Source: Candidatus Eiseniibacteriota bacterium (GTDB lineage: Bacteria; Eisenbacteria; RBG-16-71-46; CAVPCR01). From it: a stretch of 64,000 nucleotides of DNA. Below, piece after piece: positions 9,262 to 19,497 of this stretch; the stretch's first letter is position 1; each line of letters starts with the position of its first letter. Made by a program: the position numbers and the translations under genes. The notes beneath the pieces were generated by a model. That model was not told the DNA's origin. It saw only the letters and a program-made list of their open reading frames with translations, and made no database searches. The stretch spans positions 960,001 through 1,024,000 of the forward strand of contig CAWGMA010000001.1 in NCBI GenBank assembly GCA_963823555.1. Direction: 5' to 3'.

Positions 9262-10875
9262 GTGATACCTGAAACCTCAGCTCCAAGCGGGCGCGGCAGG
9301 CGGCCACTCGGGCCTTCCGTGGTCCTGGGTCTGGTCGGGCTCTGGCTCTTGCTCGCAGCCAGCGCTTCCCGGGCTCAGATCATCGAGGCCTGGTCCCTGG
9401 GCTCGGGATTCGATCCCCGGCCGAGTCTCCCCCAAGCTCGTCTCGAGGCCATGGGTGGCATGAAGGTGGCTGTTCCCGACGAGAACAACGAGGTCAACCT
9501 CCTCGATTTCGCCGGGAACCTCGTCGGGCATATCGACGACAAGCCGACGAGCCACGTCGATGCCTTCGGTGGGTGGCGCGGGTGGGTCGATCGCACGACG
9601 CCCGAGGACCCGGACCAGGACTTTCGCTACTACCCGACGGGCTTTCTCGCCAACGCGATCCCCAACCCACGCTACGCGCTGGGGGGATCCATGGCCTACA
9701 CGAGCTCGACCGCCGAGCGGCTGGTGTCGAACGAGTTCCTGCGCACCTTCGGGATGCCGGTCGTGAACCCGGAGTCGGGAAGCAGTCTCGATTCGGAGAT
9801 CGGATCCAAGATGTCCGGAGGGGACTTCGCGATCCACTACGCCCGGCGGCTCGCGGACCGGTTCGCCTTCGGGTTGCTGGGTGGGTATTCGCTCCAGGAT
9901 GAGCAACGGACCTCTCCGAACGTCTACCTTATCGACCACAAATCGCATGTCTGGTCGGTCAAGGGCAGCCTGGCTGGCCGCCTGTTCGAGGAGGCTGGAC
10001 CGTTTCAGAATTGGTCGCTGGGTGCCAATGGTCTCCTGGCCAGCACCCGGATCGATGGCCGCTCCGCCGATGACCTGCACACCGACGATTACGCCTGGGA
10101 CCGGAACAACGTAGGGTTCAACATCCACCTGCTGGGCCACACGCTCGAGTGGATCAAGGGCGGGCTCGATTTCCGTTATGGATCCTTCGAGGGCCTGGAG
10201 AGCGCCCAGTACAACTGGTCCTCGCAGTTCTCCCTGAACCCGACGAGTGAGACCATCTTGTTGGAGCGCAGCGTCTTCGACGAGGGGTTCCGGAGCAAGA
10301 GCTTCCTGACTCGCTGGGAAGGGCAGCCGCCGGGAATCCCGGCCTCGTTCGGGCTGGGGTTCCGAACCGGGCAGAGCGAATACTGGGTGCTCCCGGGAAC
10401 CAACGTGAATTCGTTCGTGACGGCGCGGAACCAGCGGATCACCGACTGGGAGCTCTCGGGGGGCGGCAGCTATTTCCTGCCGAAGGGACGTGGCCTCTTG
10501 GCCGGAGAGATGGCCTGGGGATTCCTGGATCGGGACGAGAGCATCACCCCGCCGACACAGAGGGTGGGGGCTTCCATGTGGGCGCTGGGTGTCGGAGGGG
10601 AGTATACGGTGACGCTGCCCGTCGTGGCCCGCGCCGGATACAGGCTGACGCTCGAGGACCAGAACCGAGACAAGGCCAATCCGGAAGGCGAGTTCACGGC
10701 CCATCGTCTGGCCCTGGGTGCCGGCTATCGGACCCCGTCGGCCAGGATACTGATCGATTTCGCCTTCAACTACGAATGGAAGAGTTCGGGGGCGGAGGAG
10801 GCGGGGGTCGCGGACGAGGTGGTCGAGGACCAGGACCGCAAGTCCGTGACCTTGCAGCTGCGGACGCTGTTCTAG
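9262..10875 (+). CDS. Outer-membrane beta-barrel protein, divergent FadL/PorV-like
   Basis: Signal peptide; ARLEAMGG...N.AG N-terminal motif; beta-strand pattern; terminal Phe (QLRTLF). Confidence 0.7.
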   Translation: MIPETSAPSGRGRRPLGPSVVLGLVGLWLLLAASASRAQIIEAWSLGSGFDPRPSLPQARLEAMGGMKVAVPDENNEVNLLDFAGNLVGHIDDKPTSHVDAFGGWRGWVDRTTPEDPDQDFRYYPTGFLANAIPNPRYALGGSMAYTSSTAERLVSNEFLRTFGMPVVNPESGSSLDSEIGSKMSGGDFAIHYARRLADRFAFGLLGGYSLQDEQRTSPNVYLIDHKSHVWSVKGSLAGRLFEEAGPFQNWSLGANGLLASTRIDGRSADDLHTDDYAWDRNNVGFNIHLLGHTLEWIKGGLDFRYGSFEGLESAQYNWSSQFSLNPTSETILLERSVFDEGFRSKSFLTRWEGQPPGIPASFGLGFRTGQSEYWVLPGTNVNSFVTARNQRITDWELSGGGSYFLPKGRGLLAGEMAWGFLDRDESITPPTQRVGASMWALGVGGEYTVTLPVVARAGYRLTLEDQNRDKANPEGEFTAHRLALGAGYRTPSARILIDFAFNYEWKSSGAEEAGVADEVVEDQDRKSVTLQLRTLF

Positions 10876-10992
10876 TCCGATCGGCGGGCGCAGGCCCGTC
10901 CGGACTGGGGCAGCACTGGCAAATGTCGCGAGAGGAGGCGGGTGTCGGTGGAAGCCGGCTCATGAGTGGGCAAGGGGTTTCATGGCCAGAAC

Positions 10993-11022
10993 TTGACCGC
11001 TGAGTGATGAGACCCTTAGACT
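10993..11022 (+). promoter_or_regulatory. Putative sigma70 promoter for the TBDR-CTD-PorV operon
   Basis: TTGACC-N18-TAGACT upstream of ATG 11112. Confidence 0.55.
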
Positions 11023-11111
11023 AGCCCCCGGCTGGCGTCCCCAACGACCCGTCCCCCCCCTTGCGGCATAGAAATCGAGCTTGCCCAAGGCAAGTGAGGA
11101 GCTTGTTCGCC

Positions 11112-13821
11112 ATGCGCGCTCGCGTCAACAGATGGCTCCCCCCGGCCGGACTGGCTCTCCTGGGTACCCTCTTCTTGCTGGTGCTTCCATGCACCTCGAG
11201 CCTGGCTCAAGGCGTCGGGGAGATCTCCGGGAAGGTGAGCGATGCCCGGAATGGGGAACCCCTGCCTTACGCCAACGTCGTCATCCTCGGCACCCAGATG
11301 GGTGCCATCTCGGGCGATGACGGCACATTCGTCATTCGCAACGTGCCTCCCGGAACCTACGAGCTCCAGGCCTCCTACATCGGCTACACGAGCATGGCCA
11401 AGTCCGGCATCGCCGTGGCTGCCGACGGCAAGGCCGCGGCCGACTTCCAGCTCCGCGACGAGGCCTTCCGGGAGCAGGAGATCGTCGTCGAGGCCAAGGC
11501 CGCGATGGTCTCCAAGGAGCGTGCCGACACGCACCACAACGTGACCAGGGAGACGCTGCGCCAGCTGCCGGTGGATGACGTCAACGAGGCGATCGCGCTC
11601 AAGGCGGGTGTCGTCTCGCAAGGTGGCGAGCTGCACTTCCGTGGCGGTCGTGGGGGAGAGGTCGCCTTCTACGTCGACGGCGTCCCGGTCCGCGATCCCC
11701 TTGGGGCAGACCGGCGTCGATATCGGGACCGCCGCTCTCCAGTCGAGCGAGGTCATCACCGGTGGGTTCGAGGCCGAGTACGGCAATGCCCAGTCCGGCG
11801 TCGTCAATCTCGAGACCCGCGAAGGGACCGAGGACTTCGGGGGCGAGTTCCGCTTCTATACCGACGACTATGGAGCTCCCGACCGCACGTTCAACAACTT
11901 CGATCGCGTCAGCCTCGGCTTCGGCGGCCCGACGCCGGTGCGGGGACTCACCTACTTCCTGTCCTATGAGGGCACGTTCGAGGATACGTACCTGAAGACG
12001 TCGGAGGATCGCAACCGCTACATCTTCATGGACTTCGTCTCGCTTGGCGATCGTCAGTACAACGACGTCAAGCTGCAGGGCAAGCTCGCCTACAAGATCA
12101 CTCCCAACGTCAAGCTCACCGGTGAATACCTGAACTCGAGTACGCGTTCCGACGCTTACATCCACCGCTGGAGCCGTGCCGGCTATGTCGAGACCCGGCA
12201 GTCAGTGGACTCCCAGGGCCGCGAGTTCACCGAGTACGGGCGCTTCAGCCTCTATCGTGAGAACGAGAACTTCGTGCCGTACAACGCGCCATCGCAGACT
12301 CCGAACCGCGACGAGGGTTTCGACCAGTACAAGGTCGTGTGGCGGCACAACATCTCCAACGAGACTTTCTACAACCTGCGGCTCTCCCGCGCCGCGTACG
12401 AAACCGATCGCCGGGTGCAGGGCCGGGAGCCGTGGGAGTACCTGCAGCAGCGGCCCTTCTACTGGGTCGACAACATCAACGACGTGTCCGAGACGTACTT
12501 CGTGACCAACGGTGACTACCCTCGCTTCTACACGCGGGATAACAAGGTCTACACGGTCAAGAACGACTGGACCAAGAAGCAGCAGAAGCACTTGATCAAG
12601 TGGGGCGTTCAGGGGATCTACAACGACCTGCTGGTCAACTCGCTGCGCTACCCGAACGAGATCAACGTCCAGGGCACCTACGGTTCGGACAAGACGGCCT
12701 TTCATTACTACAACCCGGAGGGCTCCCTCTACCTGCAGGATCGGTGGGAGCACGAGGGCATGGTGATCAACGCCGGCTTGCGCTACGACGTGTTCTCGGT
12801 CGGTGATCAGATTCCGGCCGGCGAGGTGACCGATCGCGTCAAGACCCAGCTCTCGCCGCGGCTCGGCATCGCCTTCCCGATCTCCGACCGCGACGTGATG
12901 AGCTTCACCTACGGGCGCTACTTCCAGGTGCCGGACCGCATCTTCATCTTCGAGGACCGCGGACCGCTGGCCATCGTCCGTGGCAACCCGGATCTCGATG
13001 CGGAGACCACGATCTCCTATCAGGCCGGTGTTCAGCACGTGTTCTCGCCCACCGTCGTCGGGCAGTTCGCGGTCTACTTCAAGGACATCTTCGGGCTCCT
13101 CACCACGCAGCGCCTGGTAGCGCCCGGCTCGCCCGACCTGGTGGCGACCTATGTGAACCAGGACTACGCTTCGTCGCGTGGCTTCGAAATCTCGATGACC
13201 AAGCGCTTCAGCCACAACTTCTCGGCCAACTTCGACTACACGTTCGGTATCGCAACCGGCGTGGCCTCGGATGAGGAGGAGACGCTCCGCAACTCGGACG
13301 AGCTCCTCTACCTTCCGATCTCGGAGCAAGCGCTCGACTGGGATCAGCGGCACACGATCAGCGGGACCATGTACATCTCCGATCCGGGCAACTGGTCGAC
13401 CAGCTTCGTCTGGCGCTACGGCTCGGGCTTCCCCTACACCCCGCGTAGCCGCTATCAGAAGGAGCTCGACCCGAAGGACACCAACACCGGCCGGCTGCCG
13501 TCCACGTCGACCCTCGACGTCCAGGCCGACAAGTTCTTCCGGATCTGGGGACAGAACTTCACGTTCTTCCTCCAGGCGCGAAATCTCCTCGACGCGGCGA
13601 ACATCACCGATCTCGAGCCGGACAACTGGCCTCCCGGTTTGACCTCGAGCGAGGATCTCATCGACTACTCGGCTTACTACACCGAGACGCAGCTCGCGGG
13701 TGGTGCTTACCTCGGCGACGATCTGGATGGGGATGGGCTCTCCGACTGGGTGCCGCTGGGGGATCCGCGGGTCTTCGGTGAGCCGCGAGTCATGCGAATC
13801 GGCGTGGGAGTGACTTTCTGA
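11112..13821 (+). CDS. TonB-dependent receptor with an N-terminal carboxypeptidase-regulatory-like domain; split by a +1 frameshift near 11697-11706
   Basis: ISGKVSD..NGEPLPYANVVI...GTYELQASYIGY and LHFRGGR..EVAFYVDG in frame 3; EVITGGFEAEYGNAQSGVVN, SPRLGIAFPIS, GNPDL..E and terminal RIGVGVTF in frame 1. Confidence 0.88.
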
Positions 13822-16688
13822 TGAATCAGATCCCGATGGCGACCCGGAAGCCATGGACCGGGCGGGGGGCCTCCGGAATCGTTCTCGCGGCTGCGCTCAT
13901 CGCGGGCGCCGTCTCGGGACTGGTCATGGATGCAGGGGCCTATTCCGACCAGGTCAAGGCCCCGGGATTCGACGGCCGGTACTACCCGGGGCTCGACGAG
14001 TACACCGGAGGGCGTGATCCGGAAGGAATCTTCGAGCGGAGCTGCACCTTCATCCACTCGGCCGGAAATCTCCTCCTCCACATGTCGAACGGGGGGTTCG
14101 TCGGCGACTTCTTCGGGCGCTTCTGCTCGCGTCCGTCGTGCGAGTGGCCTCCCGGATCGAACGACGAGTACCTGTTCATGGCCGGCCTCTGGGTGGGCGC
14201 CGTGGATGCCGACGGCAACCCGCACGTCTCCACCGGGGCCTATGAGACCGAGTTCCTGCCCGATTTCGAGGACCTTCGCGACCGTATCTACGTCAGCTAC
14301 GAAGGGGAGCGGGGTGGGGCGCGCTACTCGAGCTCGGGCAACGCAACCTCGGCCGACGATGACCGGGATGCCACCGACATCAACGACCAGCGTCACATCA
14401 ACGAGGACTTCCGCAACGGCAAGGACGACGATGGTGACGGCCTGATCGACGAGGACTTCGAGGCTATCTCCCAGCAGATGTTCTCCGCCGAGTACACCGA
14501 CTACGGCGAGGTCTCGACCCAGTTCTTCAACGAGCACGTGCCGCTCTTCCTCCGGGTCCAGCAGCGGAGCTTCTCCTGGTCCTCGGGCGGCGCCGAGAAC
14601 ATGATCGGTATCGACTACAAGATCTGGAACGATGGTGGTCGGTCGCTCAGGGACATCTACCTCGGCTTCTTCGTCGACTCGGACGTCGGCCCTGCCGACT
14701 CGGACGAGTACCCGAACATGTATCTCGACGACCTGGTCGGGTTCGCCGAGATCGACACCACGATCATCGATCTCCGGCCGTCCACTCCGGCGAACTGCCG
14801 GCGGACCCAGGTCAAGATTCAGGCGGGCTACATGCGGGATCTTCCCGACGCCACGCACTCGATCACCGACACCGGAGACGTCCCGGGCTGGTTCGGCGGG
14901 CTCTTCCTGGGGCACTCCACCGACCCGGCGGGCATCGTGGCTCCGCCCGATGTCGGCATCCGCACCTTCGTCTGGTTTGCCCAGGGTGGCGCCATTCGTG
15001 ACCCCGAGAACGACTTCGAGCGCTACGAGCTCCTCTCGCGCAACTCCCGCACCGAGGAGGGGCGCTTCATCCAGGAGACACCGGCCGATCCGCGCGATTA
15101 TCGCTACGTGCTCGCGGTCGGGCCGTTCTCGGAGCTCCTGCCCGATACCTTCCTCACCTTCCAGGTCGCCTTCGTCATCGGCGACGGCTTCGAAGGGCCC
15201 AATGGGCTCAAGGCCAACGCCGTCAATGCACAGCGCATCTTCGATGGTGATTTCTTCAACCTCGACGGTGATGCTCTCACCGGCACCCGCGGACGCGAGA
15301 AGTGCGTCTTCTGCGGCGGCGGCGGGCCGCTCTCGACCATCGATGACGACTGCGATCCGACCAATGCCGAGGTCAACTGCGAGCGCTCGGTCTGCACCTG
15401 GATCGACGGCGACTGCGAGAACCCGGCTCACGTCTGCACGGGGGCGGACGGCAAGGAAGCGCGGGTCAACTGGATCGGTGTGTCGCCGCCGCCCGCGCCG
15501 CCCATCGCCGTCTCCACGGCCGGTCGTGTGACCGGGATGGAAGATGCCGACGTCGACTGCCTGGGGGGGCCCATCCCGTATGCCGGTTCCAACGAGATCG
15601 CGATCGCCTGGGACAACCTCGTCGACAAGTCGGTGAACCCGATCACCGGCGAGAAGAACTTCAAGGGCTATCGCGTGTGGAAGGCGGCCAACTGGACGCG
15701 CGAGTCCTCGAGCGTGCCGACCGAGAGCTTCCAGCTCCTGGGCGACTTCTCGGAGGTCGCCGACTCGAGCTGCACCAGACTCACGGCCCTCAAGCCCGAC
15801 GCCACGGGGCCGCCCTTCGACAACAACGACTACGTGACCTGGGACTTCTGTCTCTCGAGCCACGAGGCGTTCGAGACCTATCTGAACGGGCTCGTCCGCC
15901 CCGAGGACAGCCCGTGTCCGATCTCGGTCATCGAGACCCGGAAGCAGAACGACCCCTTCTTCACCATGGGCGGATCACGGCCGGACCTGGTGGTGGATTC
16001 GGCTCTTGTCTTTTCGAAGGACATCGGGTCCTGTCCGCTGGGCTACCTGATCGATCGCTCCGGCGGCTATCAGCCCATCGACGCCACGACCTGCCGCGAC
16101 CGGTTCTTGCAGGTGGCGCAGCCGCAGGACATCGGCGGCGCGATGTACTACGTGCAACAGGACTCGCTCATCGGTACCGTATGTGACACGCTCTGGTGCA
16201 AGGGCTTCTACCAGTTCACCGACCGCAACGTGCTGCCGGGATACCCCTACTTCTACGTGGTGACCGCCTACTCGGAGACCGTCGAGGAGGTGCAGGGGGA
16301 GCAGCAGGTGGTCGAGCTCCACACCCGGCCCGCCTCGAGCGAGGAGTCCGCGGTGTTCCCGGCCTCGTCCGCCGCTGGAGACGCGGGCCGTGTCACAGTC
16401 GTTCCGAACCCCTATCTGGGTGGGGCCGGTTGGGATCTCAAGCCCAATCCGACCGATCCGACGGGGACCAAGATCGCGTTCAATCACCTGCCGCCGAGTT
16501 CGACGGTGCGGATCTTCACGCTGGCCGGCGACCTAGTGGAGATCCTCACGCCCGAGGGCCAGGAGGGCGGGACAAGCTACTGGGATCTCATCAGCCGCAA
16601 TGGGCAGGATGTCGTGTCGGGGATCTACCTCTACTCGGTGGAGTCTCCGTCAGGCAGCACGATCGGCAAGATGGTGGTGGTGCGGTGA
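13821..16688 (+). CDS. Large Cys-rich secreted protein with Ca-binding-like motifs and a C-terminal T9SS-A/FlgD-like sorting domain
   Basis: Signal peptide; EWPPGSNDEYLFMAGLWVGA; DDDGDGLIDED; FKGYRVWK; C-terminal VVPNPY...VRIFTLAGDLV...WDL...SGIYLY...GKMVVVR; TGATG coupling to the TBDR. Confidence 0.82.
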   Translation: MNQIPMATRKPWTGRGASGIVLAAALIAGAVSGLVMDAGAYSDQVKAPGFDGRYYPGLDEYTGGRDPEGIFERSCTFIHSAGNLLLHMSNGGFVGDFFGRFCSRPSCEWPPGSNDEYLFMAGLWVGAVDADGNPHVSTGAYETEFLPDFEDLRDRIYVSYEGERGGARYSSSGNATSADDDRDATDINDQRHINEDFRNGKDDDGDGLIDEDFEAISQQMFSAEYTDYGEVSTQFFNEHVPLFLRVQQRSFSWSSGGAENMIGIDYKIWNDGGRSLRDIYLGFFVDSDVGPADSDEYPNMYLDDLVGFAEIDTTIIDLRPSTPANCRRTQVKIQAGYMRDLPDATHSITDTGDVPGWFGGLFLGHSTDPAGIVAPPDVGIRTFVWFAQGGAIRDPENDFERYELLSRNSRTEEGRFIQETPADPRDYRYVLAVGPFSELLPDTFLTFQVAFVIGDGFEGPNGLKANAVNAQRIFDGDFFNLDGDALTGTRGREKCVFCGGGGPLSTIDDDCDPTNAEVNCERSVCTWIDGDCENPAHVCTGADGKEARVNWIGVSPPPAPPIAVSTAGRVTGMEDADVDCLGGPIPYAGSNEIAIAWDNLVDKSVNPITGEKNFKGYRVWKAANWTRESSSVPTESFQLLGDFSEVADSSCTRLTALKPDATGPPFDNNDYVTWDFCLSSHEAFETYLNGLVRPEDSPCPISVIETRKQNDPFFTMGGSRPDLVVDSALVFSKDIGSCPLGYLIDRSGGYQPIDATTCRDRFLQVAQPQDIGGAMYYVQQDSLIGTVCDTLWCKGFYQFTDRNVLPGYPYFYVVTAYSETVEEVQGEQQVVELHTRPASSEESAVFPASSAAGDAGRVTVVPNPYLGGAGWDLKPNPTDPTGTKIAFNHLPPSSTVRIFTLAGDLVEILTPEGQEGGTSYWDLISRNGQDVVSGIYLYSVESPSGSTIGKMVVVR

Positions 16689-16776
16689 TGGGCACGCGGA
16701 CCTGGCAGGAAGCCCGCCCGGCGGTGCCGGCCGCGGCATGCCGCAGAGGCGGTAGAGGAATCACGGAGGTGGCGTC

Positions 16777-17712
16777 GTGAAGCGTATTAGCCTGCTGACC
16801 CTTGTCCTCGTGCTCGCGGCCTCGCAGGCAGGAGCCACGGAGATCTTCGAGAAGGTGGGCACCATCGGGGGTCAGTTCCTGAAGATCGGGATCGGCGCGC
16901 GGGCCACGGCCATGGGCGAGGCCTTTACCTCCATTGCCGATGACGCGTCGGCCGTCTACTGGAACCCGGCCGGGATCGCGCGTTTGCAGGGGAACACCCT
17001 GAGCTTCAGCCATGCCGCCTGGCCGGCGGAACTCGACCTGAACCAGGGTGCCTACATCTTCTCCGTCGGATTCATCCCCGGCATGCTCGCCGTGCATGCC
17101 CGGGCCCTTTCGATGTCCCCGTTGCTGCGTACCGATACCACCCACCCCGATGGGGACGGCACCTACTTCGATGCCGGCGACTTCGCCTTCGGTGTATCGT
17201 ACGGGCGATCGTTCACCGACAAGTTCTCGGCGGGAATCACCGCCAACTTCGTCCAGGAGACGCTGGCCGACTACGATGCATCCACGGCCACCTTCGATTT
17301 CGGGGTGCTCTACGACACCGGCTATCGTTCCTTGCGCATCGGGATGTCCATCGCCAACATCGGCGCCGAGATGCAGTTCATCGAAGATTCGGTGAAGATG
17401 CCGATCATCTTCCGTCTTGGCAGCTCGATCATGCTCTACCAGCAGGGGGCCCATAATTTCCTGACCGCCGTCGAGTTCTCGCATCCGCCCGACAATGCCG
17501 AGCGCGGCAACTGGGGCGGCGAATACGCGTTCAAGGACTTCTTGTTCCTGCGTGGGGGATACAAGTTCAACTACGATTCGGAAGGCCTGACGGCCGGAGC
17601 CGGCGTCAAGTTCCCGGCTTCCTCCGCGGCCACGGCGAAGGTCGACTACGCGTTCAACGATTTCGAGACGCTGGGCAGCGTTCATCGTTTCTCGGTCGAG
17701 CTGGCGTTCTAG
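16777..17712 (+). CDS. PorV/PorQ-family outer-membrane barrel
   Basis: GTIGGQFLKIGIGARATAMGEAF..IADDASAVYWNPAGIA; FLRGGY; LGSVHRFSVELAF. Confidence 0.88.
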   Translation: MKRISLLTLVLVLAASQAGATEIFEKVGTIGGQFLKIGIGARATAMGEAFTSIADDASAVYWNPAGIARLQGNTLSFSHAAWPAELDLNQGAYIFSVGFIPGMLAVHARALSMSPLLRTDTTHPDGDGTYFDAGDFAFGVSYGRSFTDKFSAGITANFVQETLADYDASTATFDFGVLYDTGYRSLRIGMSIANIGAEMQFIEDSVKMPIIFRLGSSIMLYQQGAHNFLTAVEFSHPPDNAERGNWGGEYAFKDFLFLRGGYKFNYDSEGLTAGAGVKFPASSAATAKVDYAFNDFETLGSVHRFSVELAF

Positions 17713-17856
17713 AAGGCTCGCCACACCGCTGCCGGCCACTTTTTCTGCTTGCGCCGCCTCGGAGGAAGCAGCACGGTCATCCCGTAGCTGCTTCTTCTGT
17801 TTGCCTTCGGCTGGCGGCCGATACGGCCCGGGAGAGGGCGCTGGCAAGGAGGGGCC

Positions 17857-19358
17857 ATGCCACTCGCAACCCGCGGTGGGGGGACTCGCTGGGCCAGGGG
17901 GCGAGCTTCCTGTTCGTCCTGGGCGCCGCGCTCGCTGTGGCTGCCCCGGCCCTGGCCTTTCCCCTGCTCGGATCTGGCGACATTCGCTTTCGCTTCGACC
18001 ATGCCGCCTTCCGGTCCGGGACCGGGGGGGCCGAGTCCGAGTTCTACCTGGAGATCGACAACAGCGAGCTCGAGTTCGTTGTTGATAGCGGAGATCTGAT
18101 TGCCGAGGTCGAGCTCAAGGTCGATCTCTTCGCCGAGGGCAAGCGCGTCTTCCGGCGGGAGTACCCGCTCAAGTTCACCGAAGGCCAGGCGGCTCCCGAC
18201 GCCGCGGTCCCCGCCGCCGTGGCCGCCAAGACCCAGGTGCTGCATCTCCGCATCCCGGTGCCGGACGAAACCGATTCCGTGCACGCCGAGGTCGAGGATC
18301 AGAATGCGCGCAAGCGCGGCCTGGTCTACCTCTTCACCAAGACCCGCAAGGCCGGGGAAGCCGGTGGCCGGCTCAACGTGCGCCGCTTCCCCCCCGGGGA
18401 ACTCTCCGTTTCCGACATCCAGTTCGCCTATCCGTTCGGGCGGGAGACAACCGACCAGACCTTCATGAAGTCCGGGATCGATGTCGAGCCGAATCCCGGG
18501 CGCGTCTATGGCGCCGTGGAGCGGATCGTCTCCGCCTATTTCGAGGTGTACGACCTGGCACGCCCGACCGGGGGTGAACGGCGGGACTACGAGATCGCCT
18601 ACGTTGTTCGCGATCAGGCGGGTGAGCCCGTCCGGGACTGGTCGCGGCGGATCATGAGCCAGGCGCCGACCTGGGCTGACACCGTGAGCTTCGATGTCTC
18701 GGGTCTGCGGCCCGGCACGTACTTTCTCGGGGTCTCGGTCAAGGAGGAGATGAGCGGAGGGCGCGCCATCGTCGAATCCTCCTTCGATCTCGTGTGGGCG
18801 GCCGCCGCCTGGACCCGATGGCTCATCGAGACCGAGGCCATCGTCCCGTTCCTCATCGGTGGCGTCGAGCTCGACTCGTTTCTCGCGCTCGGCCCCGGCG
18901 CCAAGGAACGCTACCTCGAGGACTTCTGGGCTGCCCACGATGCGACGCCCGGGCAGGGGAACGCGACCCGCGAGGAGTTCAATCGCCGAGTGGCATGGGC
19001 GAACCGGAACTACTCCACGACACTCGAGCCCGGCATGCGCACCGATCGCGGTCGGATCTACATCAAGTACGGCGAGCCCGACGAACTCCGGCGTGAGGTG
19101 ATTCCCGTTCAGGGCAACGACATCAATGCGGCGCTCGACGAGCTCGATCGTTCCACCAGCGGCGAGCTCACCGGCAACCGGGCCATCGATCCTGAGGACT
19201 CCCGGGCCTTCGAGATCTGGCTCTACGACTATCGCGGCAAGGAGCTGTTCCCGACCAAGGACATGACAACCGGCCTCGGGCTCCAGTTCATCTTCGTGGA
19301 CGATCTTGGCGTCGGCGACTACCGCCTCATCCGCACCAACGACAAGAGCGACTTCTGA
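17857..19358 (+). CDS. GWxTD-domain protein (GMRTD variant); probable true start 17857 with a -1 frameshift in the signal-peptide G-runs (intact frame from about 17901)
   Basis: FW..HD.TP...N..REEF.RRV..AN......GMRTDRGRIYIKYGEPD; EIWLY; FIFVD..G.GDYRL; strong SD AAGGAGG before ATG 17857. Confidence 0.82.
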
Positions 19359-19379
19359 GTCGGCGAGCTCGCCGCGGGG

Positions 19380-19408
19380 TTGACACCCTACCGACCGCGG
19401 CCTACGCT
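19380..19408 (+). promoter_or_regulatory. Putative sigma70 promoter of pgk-tpiA
   Basis: TTGACA-N17-TACGCT. Confidence 0.7.
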
Positions 19409-19497
19409 CCCGATCGCTTCCTTTCCCCTCCGGCCGACAGTCGCGCCCGCGTGTTTCTGGTGCACGCGCTCGCCAGGCACCAGAGATGGAGATTGCC

